Source: Pecten maximus (lineage: Eukaryota). Taken from it: a stretch of 64,000 nucleotides of DNA. The translations under genes and the position numbers were made by a program. The stretch covers positions 11,098,001 to 11,162,000 of the forward strand of contig NC_047021.1 in assembly GCF_902652985.1 (NCBI RefSeq). The letters are read 5' to 3'. The notes beneath the pieces are model-generated. The model saw only the letters and a program-made list of their open reading frames with translations. It was not told the origin of the DNA and searched no databases. Below, piece after piece: positions 63,638-64,000 of the stretch. How positions within the stretch are numbered: the stretch's first letter is position 1; each line of letters opens with the position of its first letter.

Positions 63638-64000
63638 GTAAGACCAAAACAGCAGATAGAATTAAACACTCTTCAGTCTGGTCATATCTGGTTAAGTATT
63701 GCTCTTAACACATACATTTGTATACTTTTAGAAAGAATAACTCCGAAATGTCATCAGACAAGTGACTGATCATTGTACCCGTGCTGGAGAAACTTCTAGG
63801 CAATATGGTTATGCGTTTTTAACTAAGATCTAACGGTATGACGAGCAAGGACCAAGATGAAGTCACCATTTCAGGATAGATGAAAGATGAATATTTGAAC
63901 TCGAGATTAACCACAGAGCTAATCAATGGATGGTATTCTGTTGACTTACGTTATTTAAGGTACAATATTAACTGGTAAGCAAAGCAAGTAGCGTTGTATA

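Overview
AT-rich eukaryotic genomic DNA with GT-AG introns. It is most likely a bivalve mollusc such as a scallop, inferred from gene content, repeat types and abundant TACATGTA. Six protein-coding loci can be supported. (1-2) Two single-exon-CDS, co-oriented, highly diverged paralogous basic/coiled-coil ORFs (14926-15681 and 26047-26835, minus). (3) A 3-exon secreted perlustrin-like single IGFBP-domain gene (37268-39825, plus). (4) A 10-exon GH31 gene carrying the full sulfoquinovosidase signature plus a signal peptide and a GPI-type tail (40876-46611, minus). (5) A prokineticin/astakine-like colipase-fold peptide (main exon 53613-53933, minus). (6) The 5' part of an SLC6 Na+/Cl- amino-acid (GlyT/PROT-like) transporter (57134 to beyond the window end, plus). 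The rest is a dense repeat landscape: decayed CR1/L2-type LINEs, a Penelope-like RT relic, tRNA-, V- and 5S-derived SINE fragments, two copies of a TTAA-flanked Kolobok-like element, three CACAGG-terminated foldback elements, three palindrome-plus-subterminal-repeat elements, and many minisatellites, one with an 867-bp higher-order duplication. The best candidate for an undescribed system is the animal-encoded, apparently cell-surface sulfoquinovosidase for digesting algal sulfolipid. All coordinates were read by eye and no database searches were run.
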